This document shows positions 63,292 to 64,000 of a stretch of DNA of 64,000 bases, piece after piece. Each line of letters begins with the position of its first letter. Position 1 is the stretch's first letter. The notes beneath the pieces were generated by a model. The model was not told where the DNA came from. It was given only the letters and a program-made list of their open reading frames with translations, and did not search any database. Origin of the DNA: an uncultured Candidatus Rokubacteria bacterium (GTDB taxonomy: Bacteria; Methylomirabilota; Methylomirabilia; Rokubacteriales; CSP1-6); assembly GCA_963747235.1 (NCBI GenBank), contig CAVVEU010000024.1, positions 128,001 through 192,000 on the forward strand, read 5' to 3'. Position numbers and translations under genes: made by a program.

Positions 63292-64000
63292 ATGCGGAGG
63301 CTCCCCGCCGTCCTTCTCCCGGTCGGCATCTTCCTGGTGACGTGTGCGGCCTTCTGGCCCGCGCTCCAGGGCGGATTCACCTGGGACGACGACATCAATC
63401 TGGTGGCGAATCTCAGATACCGGGGATTCGACGCGAGCCAGATCGGGTGGATGTTCACGAACACCCTGATGGGCCACTACATGCCGTTCACGTGGCTGAC
63501 GTTCGCCCTCGACCACACCCTCGGCCGGATGGATCCGTGGGGGTATCACCTGGCCAGCCTGCTGCTGCACGCGGTGAACGCGGTTCTCGTCTACTGGGTC
63601 GCCGGCCGGCTGCTGGCCGCCGCGCGGGAGACCAGCGTGGACAGCAGAGTGGGCGCCGCGCTGGCCGCGCTGCTCTTCGCGCTCCATCCTCAGCGGGCCG
63701 AATCCGTCGCGTGGATCTCCGACCGCGCCACCCTGCTGTGCGCGGTGTTCTACCTCCTCGCGGTCCTGGCCTACCTGCGCGCGGTCGGCGCGCCCGACGA
63801 CCGTCGCCGCATGGGCTGGGGCGTCGCCTCCCTCGTGGCCTTCGCGGCGGCGCTCCTGTCCAAGGGGACGGCCATGAGCCTGCCGCTCACGCTGCTCATC
63901 CTCGACGCCGATCCGCTCCGGCGATGGCGTGTGGAGTGGCGCCGGGTGCTCGTGGAGAAGCTGCCCTACTGCGCGCTCGCGCTCGCGGGCGCGGGGGTGG
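63292..64000 (+). CDS. TMTC-like GT-C glycosyltransferase (runs off the window)
   Basis: MRRLPAVLLP..FTWDDDINL, HYMPFTW, GYHL, FALHPQRAESVAWISDR, LLSKG; open to position 64000. Confidence 0.82.
   Translation, partial: MRRLPAVLLPVGIFLVTCAAFWPALQGGFTWDDDINLVANLRYRGFDASQIGWMFTNTLMGHYMPFTWLTFALDHTLGRMDPWGYHLASLLLHAVNAVLVYWVAGRLLAAARETSVDSRVGAALAALLFALHPQRAESVAWISDRATLLCAVFYLLAVLAYLRAVGAPDDRRRMGWGVASLVAFAAALLSKGTAMSLPLTLLILDADPLRRWRVEWRRVLVEKLPYCALALAGAGV

Overview
High-GC bacterial window; the gene content tentatively suggests a Rokubacteria/Methylomirabilota-like or deltaproteobacterial-like lineage, which I cannot verify here. (1) 1-33 kb is the core translation/transcription supercluster: rlmB 3' end, tRNA-Thr/Tyr/Gly/Thr, tuf, rpmG, tRNA-Trp, secE-nusG, rplKAJL, rpoBC, str, S10, spc and alpha operons. 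It has two near-identical G-rich tuf copies and an oddly divergent rpoA. (2) 33-40 kb is a minus-strand block: trxA, trpE, trpG, thiL, two CNNM/CorC genes and a dienelactone hydrolase, with REP-like repeats. (3) 40.5-56.7 kb is the most interesting part. One tightly coupled ~15-kb operon joins a type-IV-pilus-class chemosensory system (PilH-like CheY, CheW, a Tat-exported solute-binding protein, MCP, hybrid CheA, no CheR/CheB) to a pseudo-receiver-DUF4388 protein, a RomR-like receiver fused to a roadblock domain, a large membrane protein with a duplicated unknown domain and tandem roadblock folds, the MglA/MglB GTPase pair and an N-terminally extended MshEN-PilB. Two more roadblock genes converge on it. 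(4) 56.9-64 kb holds three TMTC-like GT-C glycosyltransferase genes around a hydantoinase/oxoprolinase A/B pair. About ten single-base frameshifts after 34 kb and a garbled junction near 62.3 kb look like long-read consensus errors. All annotations come from motif recognition by eye; no database search was run.
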